Assembly (NCBI GenBank): GCA_046045965.1
Contig: JBJOKS010000011.1
Span: 64,001-128,000, forward strand
Length of the DNA: 64,000 bases
Source: Cyanobacteriota bacterium
GTDB lineage: Bacteria > Cyanobacteriota > Cyanobacteriia > Cyanobacteriales > Nostocaceae
Reading direction: 5' to 3'
Numbering within the stretch: the first letter of the stretch is position 1; the number at the start of each line of letters is the position of its first letter. Positions 43,250 through 55,351 of the stretch are shown piece after piece. The notes under the pieces were generated by a model. The model saw only the letters and a list, made by a program, of their open reading frames with translations, had not been told where the DNA came from and made no database searches. The translations under genes were made by a program, and so were the position numbers.

Positions 43250-43711
43250 ATGACTCATCCTTTAGTCCCACAAATTATTGACTTGGCGACCCCAGTAGCA
43301 GCAGAACTGGGATTAGAAATTGTTGGCATAGTTTTTCATACGAACCAACGTCCGCCAGTTTTGCGGGTAGACATCCGTAATCCCGAACAGGATACTGGTT
43401 TGGACGATTGCGAACGGATGAGCCGTGCTTTAGAAACCTCCTTAGATGCGTCAGAGATAGTTCCAGATGCCTATGTGTTGGAAGTATCCAGTCCTGGAAT
43501 TTCGCGACAACTGAAAACTGACAGGGAGTTTATTTCCTTTAAAGGATTTCCTGTAGTTATCACCACTTCTGAACCCTACGATGGACAGCAAGAGTTGACT
43601 GGTCAGTTGATTCGTCGAGATGAAACAAAAATTTACTTAAACCAAAAAGGTCGTGTAGTTGAAATTCCCAGATCCCTAGTTACCAGGGTGCAGCTGGATG
43701 AGCGCCGCTAA
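43250..43711 (+). CDS. rimP: Ribosome maturation factor RimP
   Basis: [18 protein letters not shown]; start moved to ATG 43250 (MTHPL), downstream of the leader hairpin. Confidence 0.95.
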   Translation: MTHPLVPQIIDLATPVAAELGLEIVGIVFHTNQRPPVLRVDIRNPEQDTGLDDCERMSRALETSLDASEIVPDAYVLEVSSPGISRQLKTDREFISFKGFPVVITTSEPYDGQQELTGQLIRRDETKIYLNQKGRVVEIPRSLVTRVQLDERR

Positions 43712-43829
43712 CCAATTTTAGATTTTAGATTTTAGATTTTAGACTGGGGGTTTTAGAGAGGACTAAAATTCCCAATTTAAAATTCTTTCCTGATGGCGAT
43801 TGCTGACATAAAAGTTAAGGAGATTGCTT

Positions 43830-45107
43830 ATGTCAATGGTTACTTTACCTGGATTAAAAGAGTTAATTGAAAGCATCAGCCGCGAGCGAAATTTACCTCG
43901 TTTGGCAGTGCAATCATCAATTAGAGAAGCATTACTTAAAGGTTACGAACGTTACCGCCGCGCCCAAAATTTAGAGCGCCGACAATTTGATGAAACTTAT
44001 TTTGATAATTTTGAAGTAGAACTGGATATTGACGGAGAAGGATTTCGAGTTCTTTCTACTAAAACAATTGTCGAAGAAGTGAGTAACTCCGACCATCAAA
44101 TTTCTCTAGAAGAAGTGCAACAAGTCGCCCCTGAAGCTCAATCAGGTGATTCCGTAGTCCTGGATGTCACCCCAGATCAAGGAGAATTTGGGCGGATGGC
44201 GGCCATGCAAACTAAACAGGTATTAGCACAAAAATTGCGGGATCAACAGCGCCAAATGGTGCAAGAAGAATTCCAAGATTTAGAAAGCACTGTTTTACAA
44301 GCTAGAGTTTTAAGATTTGAAAGACAATCTGTAATTTTGGCAGTTAGCAGCGGTTTTGGTCAGCCAGAAGTTGAAGCTGAATTACCAAAACGGGAACAAC
44401 TACCAAATGATAACTATCGAGCTAATGCCACCTTTAAGGTATACCTGAAAAAAGTTTCCCAAGGTCAGCAACGAGGACCGCAGTTATTAGTATCTCGTGC
44501 TGATGCTGGGTTAGTAGTTTATTTGTTCGCCAACGAAGTCCCAGAAATTGAAGATGAAGTTGTACGAATAGTCGCCGTAGCGCGAGAAGCAAATCCCCCT
44601 TCCCGTTACGTCGGTCCGCGGACTAAAATAGCAGTAGATACCCTTGATCGAGATGTAGATCCAGTAGGAGCTTGTATTGGCGCTAGGGGATCACGAATTC
44701 AAGTAGTAGTCAACGAGTTACGGGGTGAAAAAATAGATGTAATTCGCTGGTCTCCAGACCCAGCAACTTATATCGCCAACGCCTTGAGTCCAGCTAGAGT
44801 TGATGAAGTGCGCTTAATGGACCCAGAAAGTCGGCAAACCCATGTTTTAGTGGCTGAAGATCAACTGAGTTTAGCTATTGGTAAAGAAGGACAAAATGTA
44901 AGATTAGCAGCCAGACTGACCGGTTGGAAAATTGACATTAAAGATCAAGCTAAATATGACTATGCCGCAGAGGATGCTAAATTTGCAGCTGTCAGAGCCA
45001 AATATCAACCGGAGGATGATGAAACCGAGATGGAGGAACTAGAAGATGAATATGAAGACGACTTAGAATTGGAGAATGATAATTTTGACCCTAGAGAGGA
45101 AGATTAA
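43830..45107 (+). CDS. nusA: Transcription factor NusA
   Basis: FGRMAAMQTKQV, VGACIGARGSRI, AIGKEGQNVRLAARLTGWKIDI; AAGGAG RBS before ATG 43830. Confidence 0.97.
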   Translation: MSMVTLPGLKELIESISRERNLPRLAVQSSIREALLKGYERYRRAQNLERRQFDETYFDNFEVELDIDGEGFRVLSTKTIVEEVSNSDHQISLEEVQQVAPEAQSGDSVVLDVTPDQGEFGRMAAMQTKQVLAQKLRDQQRQMVQEEFQDLESTVLQARVLRFERQSVILAVSSGFGQPEVEAELPKREQLPNDNYRANATFKVYLKKVSQGQQRGPQLLVSRADAGLVVYLFANEVPEIEDEVVRIVAVAREANPPSRYVGPRTKIAVDTLDRDVDPVGACIGARGSRIQVVVNELRGEKIDVIRWSPDPATYIANALSPARVDEVRLMDPESRQTHVLVAEDQLSLAIGKEGQNVRLAARLTGWKIDIKDQAKYDYAAEDAKFAAVRAKYQPEDDETEMEELEDEYEDDLELENDNFDPREED

Positions 45108-45244
45108 TTCTTAAAAGTTTTTGATAATTTTCTGTTAATTGTCAACTGTTAAAGGTAAACTAGAGAACATTTAGCAAGTGTGCAACTTAACAATAACTAA
45201 TTTCAGGAGACTAAAAACTGCTGACCTGACTGAACACAAAACCG

Positions 45245-45514
45245 ATGAAACCAAACTATCGGCGTTGTATTAGTTGTCGCCGCGTGGGACCAAAAGAAGA
45301 GTTTTGGCGCATTGTTCGCGTCTTTCCATCTGGCAAGGTACAATTAGATCAGGGCATGGGGCGTTCAGCCTATATTTGTCCCCAAGCTGACTGCCTGCAA
45401 GCAGCTCAGAAAAAAAATAGATTAGGGCGATCGCTACATGGAACAGTGCCAGAAACACTGTATCAGACATTGTGGCAACGTCTCACCCAAAGCAATCCCC
45501 AAAATCAAATTTAA
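45245..45514 (+). CDS. ylxR: YlxR/RnpM (DUF448) RNA-binding protein
   Basis: RRCISCR, GRSAYICP; conserved position between nusA and infB. Confidence 0.9.
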   Translation: MKPNYRRCISCRRVGPKEEFWRIVRVFPSGKVQLDQGMGRSAYICPQADCLQAAQKKNRLGRSLHGTVPETLYQTLWQRLTQSNPQNQI

Positions 45515-46206
45515 ACGAACTAAATATTTGGGTCTGCCGAAGGCAAACCACGACCTGGGTTCCGGCTAGACCGGATCAAGGTTCCAAAACCAGAGAGGCT
45601 GTCTCAGACAAAGGATAGCATTGAGTTGCTAACATTATTGAAGATGTTCCTAACAGAGCCACAGCCTGTGAGACAGGAAACCACGACTTCAGCGCCAAAG
45701 TGCTAGTCCAGGTACTGTACTCACAACAACTTGACAACGGTAATCTCTAGAGAAATTGTGATGAAAGCCGAACAATTAACGCTTTAATCACAGCCTCTGT
45801 TATCGTGGGGGTTAGTGCCAAAATAGTAAATGGGTGTAGAAGGCAAGTGGATCTCTAAAATTGGAGAGAGACGAAGCAATACTCCCAATAAGTTTTACTC
45901 GATTGTGTTGTGGAAGACTCAGAATCAGCAAAACAAAAACCTAAACAATGGCAACCTGGTAGCGCTCAAGCGCAGTTCGGCATCAAGGATGCCCAAAAAA
46001 ATTTTTTATTGAGAAAAATTTTACGGGGTCCAGTCAACCATCATTCCTGGTGGGGATGCCAGTATTAAACCGAAACATCTCTCTTTCCTAATTGGAGGCA
46101 CCGGCAACATCACCAAGGGCAACCTAAAAAACAGTGATCAAAGGATGGAGATGTCGAAAACCAGGCAACCATCCGTTAAAACTGTAAATTAAAGGGGAAA
46201 GAGTGG

Positions 46207-49200
46207 ATGAACAACGGCAAAGTTAGAATCTACGAATTATCAAAGGAATTGAATTTGGATAACAAAGAGCTATTAGCAATTTGCGACCAGCTCAACATCG
46301 CGGTCAAAAGCCATAGCAGCACGATTTCAGAAACTGAGGCTGAACAAATTCGCACAGCTGCCGAAAAACTTGCAGCAACGAGTGTCACAGCCAAAAAGGA
46401 ATTAGATACAAACAGCCATAAACAAAATTCACACCAAACAGGCGGACGTAACCGACCTGCTGCAACCCATAAACAGCAAATTTTGGAAATTCGCAAACCC
46501 AAAATCTTGAGAAATACTACCTCCAACGCCCCAGAAGCGTCAGTTGCTACCAATAGCCAATTTGCTTCGTCTGATAGCCTGCCGGAGGCATCAGCCACAG
46601 CTAATTCTCCATCACCTCCACGGCCTTTCGCGACACCAGTCTCAACCATGAAACCGACGGCACCAACTCGACCTGTACCCCGGAATCAATCTGAGACCCC
46701 ACAGAAACCTGTGGCAGAACCGGAACATCAACCCAATGTCCAACCAGCCCCAGAAAAAATAAAAGCGGAAAAACCGGAAAAAGTGGTTTCTCCCAGACCC
46801 AAACCGGAAAAACCACAAAAACCACAGCTGGTTGCTCCACCGGCAAGACCTGTGGAGGAAAAACCTTCTCCCATAGAAGAGCTATCTCAGGCAGATAAAC
46901 CGATTCTGAAACGTGAACGCCAGCGGCGCGGCGACGAAGAACGGGAACAAACGAAACCCAAAGTGGGCAGGGCAACAACAGACCAGATCCCACAGACTGC
47001 ACCCCAAAAACCGGGTCGCTCAACTCCATCACCTGTGAGACCAGAACACAGGGGGAGTAGATCTGCCACACCATCAAATGATGTGCAGCGACCCAGACCA
47101 GCACGTCCTGGTGAAGCCGTAGCAGCCATGCCCATAGCCACTCCACCAAAACCAATGGCTGGAGGAGCTAAAAAAGAGGCATTGGTCGATGAGCCGATCG
47201 CACCAGGCTTGCTTGATTTGAAACGGCCAACACCACCCCGACCATCTAAAGGTGGTAAAAAATGGCAAGAAGAAGAAATAATTGACGAAATCAAAGAGAA
47301 AGCCAAGGTAGGACCAAAAGGCAAACGAGTTAAACCCATCCTAGAGGATGATTTTGAAGAAGAAGACTTACTGGATGAAGAGGGTCTGGAAATTCCAGCT
47401 ACCGTCCAAGTGAGCCTTTCTATAGCTCGTCCACCTAAGCCCAAGGCTACTCGACCTCCACAGCAACCAACATTGGTTGCGCCCGCACCTACTAAAAACA
47501 AAAGATCCGGTTCTCACCGCGACCAAAACCGTCGTCAACAAGAAGTAGAAGTCAAGCAAGAGCGTCCAGAAAAACTGGTGGTAACAGGACCAATGACTGT
47601 ACAAGAGTTGGCTGAGGGCTTGGTTATTGCCGACACAGAGATTGTCAAAATCCTGTTTATGAAAGGCATGGCGGTAAGTATCACCCAAAATCTGGATATT
47701 CCCACAATTACCCTAGTAGGCAAAGAGTTAGAAGTAGAAGTCGAAACGGCAGAACCAGAAGCAGAAGCCCGCAAAGTCACAGAAATGATTGACTTTGCAG
47801 ACCTCGAACATCTGATCCGTCGGCCGCCGGTTGTGACAATTATGGGTCACGTAGACCACGGTAAAACCACTCTGCTCGACTCAATTCGCAAAACTAAGGT
47901 GGCTGCTGGTGAAGCAGGTGGTATTACTCAGCATATCGGCGCATACCACGTTGATTTGGAACATGATGGCAAGCCACAACAGATAGTCTTCCTAGATACC
48001 CCCGGTCACGAAGCCTTCACAGCAATGCGGGCTAGAGGAGCGCGGGTAACAGATATTGCTATTTTGGTAGTCGCTGCTGATGACGGTGTGCGTCCGCAAA
48101 CAGTGGAAGCCATTAGCCATGCTCAAGCCGCAGGTGTGCCAATTGTTGTCGCTATTAACAAGATTGACAAAGAAGGGGCGCAACCAGAGCGTGTTAAACA
48201 AGAACTCACCAACTATGGTCTGACAGCAGAAGACTGGGGTGGTGAGACGATTATGGTTCCTGTGAGTGCCATTAAGGGCGAAAACCTGGATACACTCCTA
48301 GAAATGGTTCTCCTGGTGGCAGAGGTCGCAGAACTATCTGCTAACCCCAATCGTGTGGCTAAAGGAACAGTCATTGAAGCCCATTTAGATAAAGCCAAGG
48401 GTGCGGTTGCTACCTTGCTAATTCAAAACGGTACTCTCCATGTCGGAGATATGCTGGTAGCTGGATCGGCATTTGGTAAAGTGCGAGCAATGGTCGATGA
48501 CAGAGGTCGAAGAGTAGAAGTTGCTACTCCCTCCTGTGCTGTTGAAGTGCTGGGTTTAAGCGATGTACCAGCAGCTGGTGATGACTTCGAGGTGTTTGCG
48601 AACGAAAAAGAAGCTCGTAACCTCGCCAGCACTCGTGCCGACAAACAACGCCAATCGCGCTTACTGCAAGGACGTGTTACCCTTACAACCCTCTCGGCTC
48701 AAGCACAAGAAGGCGAGTTGAAAGAACTCAACTTGATCTTGAAAGGAGATGTCCAAGGTTCTGTAGAAGCCATTATCGGCTCTCTCAAGCAAATACCTCA
48801 AAACGAAGTTCAAATTCGGATGTTGTTGGCTACTGCTGGAGAAATCACAGAAACAGATATCGACTTAGCTGCTGCTAGTAACGCTGTGATTATTGGTTTC
48901 AATACTACCTACGCTAGTGGTGCTAGACAAGCCGCTGATGAAGCAGGTGTGGACGTGCGCGAATACAACATCATCTACAAACTCCTGGAAGATATCCAAG
49001 GAGCTTTGGAAGGTCTGCTAGAACCAGAGTTGGTGGAAGAACCCCTGGGTCAAACAGAAGTCCGTGCGGTATTCCCTGTTGGTCGTGGTGCAGTCGCTGG
49101 TTGTTATGTCCAATCCGGCAAACTGCTTCGCAACTGCAAAGTGCGCGTCCGTCGCGGCGGTAAGGTTATTTATGAAGGCGTTCTTGATTCCCTCAAACGG

Positions 49201-49341
49201 ATGAAAGAAGATGTGCGCGAGGTCAATTCCGGTTATGAATGTGGTATCAACATTGATAAATTTCATGACTGGGTTGAAGGTGACATCATCGAAGCCTACC
49301 AGATGGTAACTAAACGCCGTACCCTTACCTTGACTAAGTAG
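46207..49341 (+). CDS. infB: Translation initiation factor IF-2
   Basis: [30 protein letters not shown]; Pro-rich cyanobacterial N-terminal extension. Confidence 0.98.
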   Translation: MNNGKVRIYELSKELNLDNKELLAICDQLNIAVKSHSSTISETEAEQIRTAAEKLAATSVTAKKELDTNSHKQNSHQTGGRNRPAATHKQQILEIRKPKILRNTTSNAPEASVATNSQFASSDSLPEASATANSPSPPRPFATPVSTMKPTAPTRPVPRNQSETPQKPVAEPEHQPNVQPAPEKIKAEKPEKVVSPRPKPEKPQKPQLVAPPARPVEEKPSPIEELSQADKPILKRERQRRGDEEREQTKPKVGRATTDQIPQTAPQKPGRSTPSPVRPEHRGSRSATPSNDVQRPRPARPGEAVAAMPIATPPKPMAGGAKKEALVDEPIAPGLLDLKRPTPPRPSKGGKKWQEEEIIDEIKEKAKVGPKGKRVKPILEDDFEEEDLLDEEGLEIPATVQVSLSIARPPKPKATRPPQQPTLVAPAPTKNKRSGSHRDQNRRQQEVEVKQERPEKLVVTGPMTVQELAEGLVIADTEIVKILFMKGMAVSITQNLDIPTITLVGKELEVEVETAEPEAEARKVTEMIDFADLEHLIRRPPVVTIMGHVDHGKTTLLDSIRKTKVAAGEAGGITQHIGAYHVDLEHDGKPQQIVFLDTPGHEAFTAMRARGARVTDIAILVVAADDGVRPQTVEAISHAQAAGVPIVVAINKIDKEGAQPERVKQELTNYGLTAEDWGGETIMVPVSAIKGENLDTLLEMVLLVAEVAELSANPNRVAKGTVIEAHLDKAKGAVATLLIQNGTLHVGDMLVAGSAFGKVRAMVDDRGRRVEVATPSCAVEVLGLSDVPAAGDDFEVFANEKEARNLASTRADKQRQSRLLQGRVTLTTLSAQAQEGELKELNLILKGDVQGSVEAIIGSLKQIPQNEVQIRMLLATAGEITETDIDLAAASNAVIIGFNTTYASGARQAADEAGVDVREYNIIYKLLEDIQGALEGLLEPELVEEPLGQTEVRAVFPVGRGAVAGCYVQSGKLLRNCKVRVRRGGKVIYEGVLDSLKRMKEDVREVNSGYECGINIDKFHDWVEGDIIEAYQMVTKRRTLTLTK

Positions 49342-49358
49342 TCTTGAGTACCAACTGT

Positions 49359-49436
49359 TGAGTGCTGAGTTAATTTATGAATGTTGGATTGACATAGTTT
49401 CTACTTCAACATTCAAAACTGAACTCTCAGCACTCA
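49359..49436 (+). terminator. Long stem-loop after infB
   Basis: TGAGTGCTGAG...CTCAGCACTCA outer stem and GAATGTTG...CAACATTC inner stem. Confidence 0.6.
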
Positions 49437-49524
49437 TAACTTTTGAGAAATTCAGGTGACAGCGAAGAGGGAAAAAGAAGAAAGAAAAGATGAAAACAAA
49501 GATAAAACCGCATAAAAGCAGTAA

Positions 49525-49772
49525 TATAGCAGGAGTCAGGAGGGGCGAACGGCAGTTTGCCCGTACAGGAGTCAGGAGTAAAACCCTTTTGTAGTGGGAG
49601 TTTTATTATCAATTGATGTCCTAACTAAGTAAATCAGCAGGAAAAAGCCAAGGTATGTAACAAAATGTAAAATAGCTGAAAACCTCTTCCCTCCAGCATA
49701 GCTGCCTCCTGCCTCCTGCCTTGCCATAACGACAATTTTTAACACCTACCTACTTATCTTGTCCATGTCTAT
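49525..49772. mobile_element. Nested MITEs: TATAG...CTATA host containing the TA-flanked MITE at 49626-49756
   Basis: Inner element matches 32768-32897; host sequence resumes after it; small GGGCGAAC...GTTTGCCC hairpin inserted in the CAGGAGT tract. Confidence 0.6.
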
Positions 49773-50155
49773 AAAAAATCTTCTGTTTAATTAAAAAAAT
49801 TGGTTTTGACGAATTTTTCCGAGTATATCCTTAGTTTTAGTGATCAATAACACAGAATTTGTTGCTAGATAACAGTTATCTTTAGAAAAGATTAAGTAAT
49901 ACCATTTGGGATTTTAGATTTTAGATTGGTGCAAATCCATCTGTCGCAATCATTTTTCAAATTGGTATTGAGTTTAAACATAAGATTTCCAAATTTTAGG
50001 ATTAGGCAGGGATCACACCTTGCCCTATAGAACAGATGTTAGATTTGGCTTGTTTGGTTTCTGTCTTGACCCCTGTGGGCAAAACAATTATCAATTTAAA
50101 ATCTAAAATCTCAAATTGTTTGACTCTGGAAGTTAAAAATGAGGAATGAGGAACT

Positions 50156-50353
50156 ATGGCTCAAATTTCAGCTTCTAGCACTGGCCAGCTTTCTCGTGAT
50201 GCTAATATTTGGCAAACCCTTAAGTATGCCATTTCTGCGAGTTCCGGTTTCCAACGCTGGCAACTAGAGAGTAATGCTCAATTAAAGGGTCTGCTCCTAG
50301 AACAGCAAGTACAACGGTATCTACGAGAAACCTTAGAAACTTTAGCTTATTAA
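50156..50353 (+). CDS. Small hypothetical protein (65 aa)
   Basis: GAGGA RBS before ATG; WQTLKYAISASSGFQRW...YLRETLETLAY resembles a small conserved cyanobacterial family. Confidence 0.75.
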   Translation: MAQISASSTGQLSRDANIWQTLKYAISASSGFQRWQLESNAQLKGLLLEQQVQRYLRETLETLAY

Positions 50354-50480
50354 GAAAACAACATTTTTCACAATCATCAGCTACAAAAGGAGTCAGGAGT
50401 CAGGAGTCAGGTGAAAGAATACATTTTTCCTATCCTGCTTTCCCTATTCCCTGCCCTGACAGATATAATAAATCTTCCAA

Positions 50481-51845
50481 CTACAACGTGTATGTAAAAT
50501 TTTCCACCAACATCCCTGGAACTAAACTACCACCTAATTGCCGACTGCTGTATGTTCCAACTTCGGGAATGAATTCTTGAAAGTTAGTTAAATCAACTAA
50601 ATTTTCCGATCCCCAAAAACGGTAAAGACTTTCATCAAAACGGAGGTTTTCTATGGGGGCGACTATTTCCCCATTTTCTACCCAAAAACAGGCATAACGG
50701 GTCATACCTGTAATTCTACCAGTTTGGCGATCGCTCCAATTTAAATAATGCAAATTAGAAACATATAACCCAGTATCTAAACTTGGTAAAATCTGTTCAA
50801 ATGACAAATTACCTGTCTTTATTTCGGGAGAACGTAAAGTTTCTGAACTATTAGCACCATTGGCAGGTTTATTATATTCTTTAGCCGTGCGAGAATTAAC
50901 GAGGCTATTTACCAAAACACCATTTTCTATTAAAGTTAATTCCTCTGGTGATATTTCTCCTAAATTATTGAATCTGGGAACTAAACCAGATGTGAAACTT
51001 TCTTTTAAAACAAATTTAGGTGAAAGTCGTTTTTCTTGACGTGATAAAGCAGCTAAAGCACTATTTCCCTGTTGAATAGAAGCTTCACTAATAGCACCCC
51101 AAGAAAGCATCCCTAATAATTCCGCTACCGCAGCAGGAGCAAAATAGGTTTTATAATTTCCTCTGGGTAAATCTTTGGGTTCATGAGACAATAAAGCTAA
51201 TTGTTTTTTACCATCATTTATTTTTGCTAGATATGCAGCTTCATCCCATGTACTACCAGCAAAAGTACCTTTTACCGCTTTACCCGATGCCAAAATCAAG
51301 GAATAATCTAAATTAAAAGAATCAGTTGCAAACCAGTGTTTTTGTCCGTTAGAATCTCCATAACCTCTAATAATCACTCCCCCAGCATAAATACCAGTAA
51401 AATCTAAATCAGCAACCGATTCTAAAATGCTATTAACAACATTTTCCGGTGCTAATAATTTACCTGTATGTACTTCTCTGCTGCTATTATTTCCTGTAGG
51501 TAAAACCAAATAAGGATCAACGGGTAATAGATGTAATTCTTCTCGTAAATCTTGTAAAGCTTGGTATGCAGTTTGCCAATCTATATCCCAGTTTCCAGTA
51601 AAAGGAAACTTACAGAAACTACTGCGTTGATTTTCCATTAAAGTTAGGGTAATTGAACCATCGGCAACCAGTCCTGTTTGTCTAACTTTAGCATGATTAA
51701 AGCGGGTAAATTGACTTCTTTCGCTGTTAAGTCTGACGGTAAAATGTTCACTATCTGCTTTTTTTGCAAGCAGCATTTCTATCAGTTGATTAAAATTGTT
51801 TTCTAAAATTGATAATTCTTCAGTTTGTATTTTCATTTTTTTCAT
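50481..51845 (-). CDS. TldD/PmbA family protein (PmbA/TldE-like subunit)
   Basis: TRFNHAKVRQ, LYVSNLHYLNW, ITGMTR, NLRFDES; lacks HExxGH; start set at MKKMK. Confidence 0.88.
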   Translation of the reverse strand: MKKMKIQTEELSILENNFNQLIEMLLAKKADSEHFTVRLNSERSQFTRFNHAKVRQTGLVADGSITLTLMENQRSSFCKFPFTGNWDIDWQTAYQALQDLREELHLLPVDPYLVLPTGNNSSREVHTGKLLAPENVVNSILESVADLDFTGIYAGGVIIRGYGDSNGQKHWFATDSFNLDYSLILASGKAVKGTFAGSTWDEAAYLAKINDGKKQLALLSHEPKDLPRGNYKTYFAPAAVAELLGMLSWGAISEASIQQGNSALAALSRQEKRLSPKFVLKESFTSGLVPRFNNLGEISPEELTLIENGVLVNSLVNSRTAKEYNKPANGANSSETLRSPEIKTGNLSFEQILPSLDTGLYVSNLHYLNWSDRQTGRITGMTRYACFWVENGEIVAPIENLRFDESLYRFWGSENLVDLTNFQEFIPEVGTYSSRQLGGSLVPGMLVENFTYTL

Positions 51846-51852
51846 ACTTTCT

Positions 51853-52596
51853 TTAAATGTTCTCAGGATCAATATTTAATTCTCGCAATTTTGCTGCTAA
51901 ACGTTCTGCTCTTGCGTCTGCTTGTGCTGCTCTTTGAGCTTCCTGGTTTGCTCTTTTGTCTGATTTTGCTGCTTTCTGAGCTTCCTGTTCTGCGCTTTCT
52001 TCTGCTGTGGGGACTAAATCACCTTCAGGGGTGAAATACCTTAGCAAACCCTCATGCACTCCTAAATATAAACCTAATTGTTCACTCCATAAATATCCTT
52101 TTTCATTGGGTTCTAAAGGTTGATATTTATTATCAACTAGATGAAATCCTACAAATTCTAAAGTATAAGGATCAAACCAAAAATAATCAGGTGTTCTAAA
52201 TGTATTTTGATAAAGTTCTTTTTTAGTTACTTTATCACTATTAGCTGTACTGGGTGAGAGAATTTCTATGATTACATTAGGATATTTACCATCTTCGTCC
52301 CAGACTACCCAACTTTTGCGGGTTTTCCGTTCTGTTCCTAACACTACAAAAAAATCAGGTCCTCTTAAATTTTCATTTTTTTTCTGGTTAGGACTATAAT
52401 AAATAGTTAAATTTCCTGCTGCATAGAAATCATTTCTATCTTTCCATAACCATTCTAAGCATTGCAAGAGTAAGATAATTTGTCGTAGATGCAATTCTGT
52501 TTCCACTGGTGGTTCATCACTATATAAATCACTGGGGGGAAATGTAACATCTGGGGAGATGTCTTTTGTTTGTTCTAGGTCTTGTGCAATCATCAT
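51853..52596 (-). CDS. Uma2 family endonuclease-like protein with C-terminal coiled-coil tail
   Basis: GPDFFVV, PNVIIEILSPST, PDYFWFDP; AEQEAQKA-type tail ending RAERLAAKLRELNIDP. Confidence 0.9.
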   Translation of the reverse strand: MMIAQDLEQTKDISPDVTFPPSDLYSDEPPVETELHLRQIILLLQCLEWLWKDRNDFYAAGNLTIYYSPNQKKNENLRGPDFFVVLGTERKTRKSWVVWDEDGKYPNVIIEILSPSTANSDKVTKKELYQNTFRTPDYFWFDPYTLEFVGFHLVDNKYQPLEPNEKGYLWSEQLGLYLGVHEGLLRYFTPEGDLVPTAEESAEQEAQKAAKSDKRANQEAQRAAQADARAERLAAKLRELNIDPENI

Positions 52597-52726
52597 ATTG
52601 ATATAGCATCAAGTAGTTATTGGTTGATTGTAGCATTGATTCAGGAAGATTTAACTTGTGTGTTCAACAAATGAATAACATTCAATCAACATTTCTGGTA
52701 CAAGTTCTATAACAGAATCATTATTT

Positions 52727-54502
52727 CTACTGCGGAAGTGAATGATTACTTTTTAGTGCAATAGATAATTGTCTTAATTTATCACTAACTTCTAAATTAG
52801 ATGTTTGAGATTTTAAATTATTTGGTATTTCCGCTAATAAAAGTGGATTTCCTTGTAACCATTCATTTAATGCTACACCAGTCCAAGTTCCTTCTTTCTC
52901 CCTAAAACTATCAACTAAATTCTGGAGTTCTTGACGATAATAAGACTCGAAACCCGCAGCGTCAAAAATTCCATAACGCAAATATTCTGCAAAAGCATTA
53001 ATATCATTTTCTACTTCAAAAACTACAGCTTGTTGTGCAGGTATTAACTCACTAGCAACATCCATTGCTATTTGCGCTACAACTCCTGTTACTCCTAATA
53101 CTTGTTGACGAATTTCTGGGTTATAAAGTAAATCTGCACCGTATTTTACATATCTTTTGAGAACACTATAAGCAAGTTCTTTACCTGTGTAGTAGTTATC
53201 TACAATTTCAACATCTACTCCTAAATCTTTAATGATTTGATTGCGAGTAGGACTATTCACTGGTCCTCTGATTAATGCTTCTGCTACTGGACGTGCAAAA
53301 CGCAAAAATAACACACTTAAACTATTTTCTAATTTCGCAAAAAAATAATCTTCTGAATTTTCAATTAATCTGGCTTTAACTTGACTACTTCCCCATAGCA
53401 ACTTTGTCATATATTCAACTAAGTTTAAGGCTTCATTTTTTAATTCTAAAGCCAGTTCATGGGCAATTTTTGATAGAAGTTTGCTAATATCAACATATAA
53501 ATCATCACGCCAAATATAGTTAGCTTTTGTTGCATCAAAGTTAGGAAATGAGTTAGCTAGAAAAATAGTATCTTTCTTTTTTAATGTTTCCTGTCTGAGT
53601 TTGGCGATTTCATGATCTACAATTTGTAAATATCTTTCTCTAAATTTCTCGATTGGGACTAAAGAATTAGTGGTGAAATTTTCTAAAGATTTATGAGCGA
53701 CTGAATCACCATAATATTTTTGTAAGTCGGCTTTAATGGTTAACCATTTTTGATTCCACCATTCTGCAAATAACACCCGACGGTTATTTTCAGCCACTAA
53801 TTTAGCTTCTTCGGGATTTTCTGGATAGTTTTTACTAACTAAACGATAAATTTCTTCCGAAGTGCTGACAATTTTCTCAATGGATGCTTCACATCTTTTC
53901 TTTAAAATAGCAACTCTTTCTGTGTTAATATAATTGAATATTTTTTCTTTGATTTCAGGAATACCTGTTCCATTTTGTATCAGATTTTCTTTATCAGCAA
54001 TTCCCGTTAATCTCTCTAAATGAGATTGAATAACTGTAGCATCGCCAATTTCTAATTTAGTTTGTTCTTGTGCCAGATTCTTTAATAATAAATATGCTCC
54101 AGCAGAACCATAAACTATACGGTTACTGGGTAAATTTGCCCGTTTTAACCAATCTTGAGATGCTTCTTGAATGTGAATTTTTAAGGCTTCTGCACCACCT
54201 AATGAATCAATTATACTTAAAAATACAAATAGTTTATCAGCAACGGTAACGTTTTGATCTCCTTGTTCTGTAAATTTAATAATTTCTAATTCTTTTTCTC
54301 GCAGACTGGTAAAACGCTGTACTAATATTACAGCATCACAGTCTGATAACATTTCTTGTGCTTCATCAACGTGCTTTGCTAAACCTGAATCTAAACCAGG
54401 AACATCATAAAAAACAATTCCTTCAGCTTGAGCAAGTTTGTTTGTATAAAGTCTAGCTTCTAAGACAGCATGAGCAAATGACTTAAGAATAAATAACCAA
54501 TA
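52727..54502 (-). pseudogene. 5'-truncated dynamin-like GTPase
   Basis: Frame stays open upstream of ATG 54352 through ...EGIVFYDVPGLDSG... (G3 DxxG) to a stop at 54503-54505; no start codon and no G1 P-loop; long helical C-terminus. Confidence 0.7.
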
Positions 54503-54642
54503 TCAATTTAGCAAATTGAGAAAATAGAAACAGTAATTCAAAATGATAAGGAGATTGTAAATTACATCCAAACAAACAAAACCTGTGAAAATGAGATAAA
54601 ATAATAATATGATAATAATAATAATTATTCAAGAGGTGAATC

Positions 54643-55257
54643 ATGGTTCAAACAATAATTAAACCAGTAACCTTTGAGGAATTTATCGAATGGTATCCAG
54701 ATACAGGATTACGCTATGAATTACATAATGGAGTAATTGTTGATATGAACCCACCATTAGGAGATCATGAATTAGTTATTGGTTTTTTAGTCCGTAAGTT
54801 ATCAGCAGAATTAGATAAACTTGATCTTCCTTATCTCATACCTAAAACAACATTGGTTAAATCATCAACTTCTGAATCTGCTTTTTATCCAGATATTTTA
54901 TTACTAAATCCTGAGAACTTAGTTCATGAACCTTTATGGAAAAAAGAATCAACCATTACTCAAGCTGCTTCTGTTCCTTTAGTAATAGAAATTGTTAGTA
55001 GTAATTGGCAAACAGATTATTCGACTAAAACTAATGAATATGAATCAATGGGTATTCCTGAATATTGGATTGTTGATTATGCTGCTTTCGGTGGTAGAAG
55101 GTTTATTGGTAATCCTAAACAACCAACTCTTTCAGTTCATACTTTAATTGATGGAGAATATCTAGTTAATCAATTTAGAGGAGATGATTTGATTGTATCC
55201 CCACTATTTCCAGAGTTAAAGTTAACTATGGCGGATATTTTACAAAGAATATCATGA
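54643..55257 (+). CDS. Uma2 family endonuclease-like protein (paralog of 32155)
   Basis: RYELHNG, YPDILLL, MGIPEYWIVDYAAFGGRRFIGNPKQPT. Confidence 0.9.
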   Translation: MVQTIIKPVTFEEFIEWYPDTGLRYELHNGVIVDMNPPLGDHELVIGFLVRKLSAELDKLDLPYLIPKTTLVKSSTSESAFYPDILLLNPENLVHEPLWKKESTITQAASVPLVIEIVSSNWQTDYSTKTNEYESMGIPEYWIVDYAAFGGRRFIGNPKQPTLSVHTLIDGEYLVNQFRGDDLIVSPLFPELKLTMADILQRIS

Positions 55258-55351
55258 TCTGGTATTGTTATAGATGCCCGACTTCTGCAATAAGATCATC
55301 ATTTATTAATTTGATTACGCTAAGAAGTCGGGGATCTTATTTCGTCGGTTT

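Noticed and set aside
45830..46012. 60-aa ORF in the infB leader
   Set aside because: No clear RBS or family motif; cannot be supported without conservation data.
46230..49266. Many antisense ORFs in infB (also within hpsA, pilX, dxs and radA)
   Set aside because: Antisense shadows of well-supported genes, with no recognisable motifs.
49427..49612. 61-aa minus-strand ORF after infB
   Set aside because: Runs through repeat/MITE sequence; likely spurious.
32155..55257. Three Uma2 genes as a single defence system
   Set aside because: The Uma2 family is highly expanded and scattered in filamentous cyanobacteria; the copies are not in an operon.
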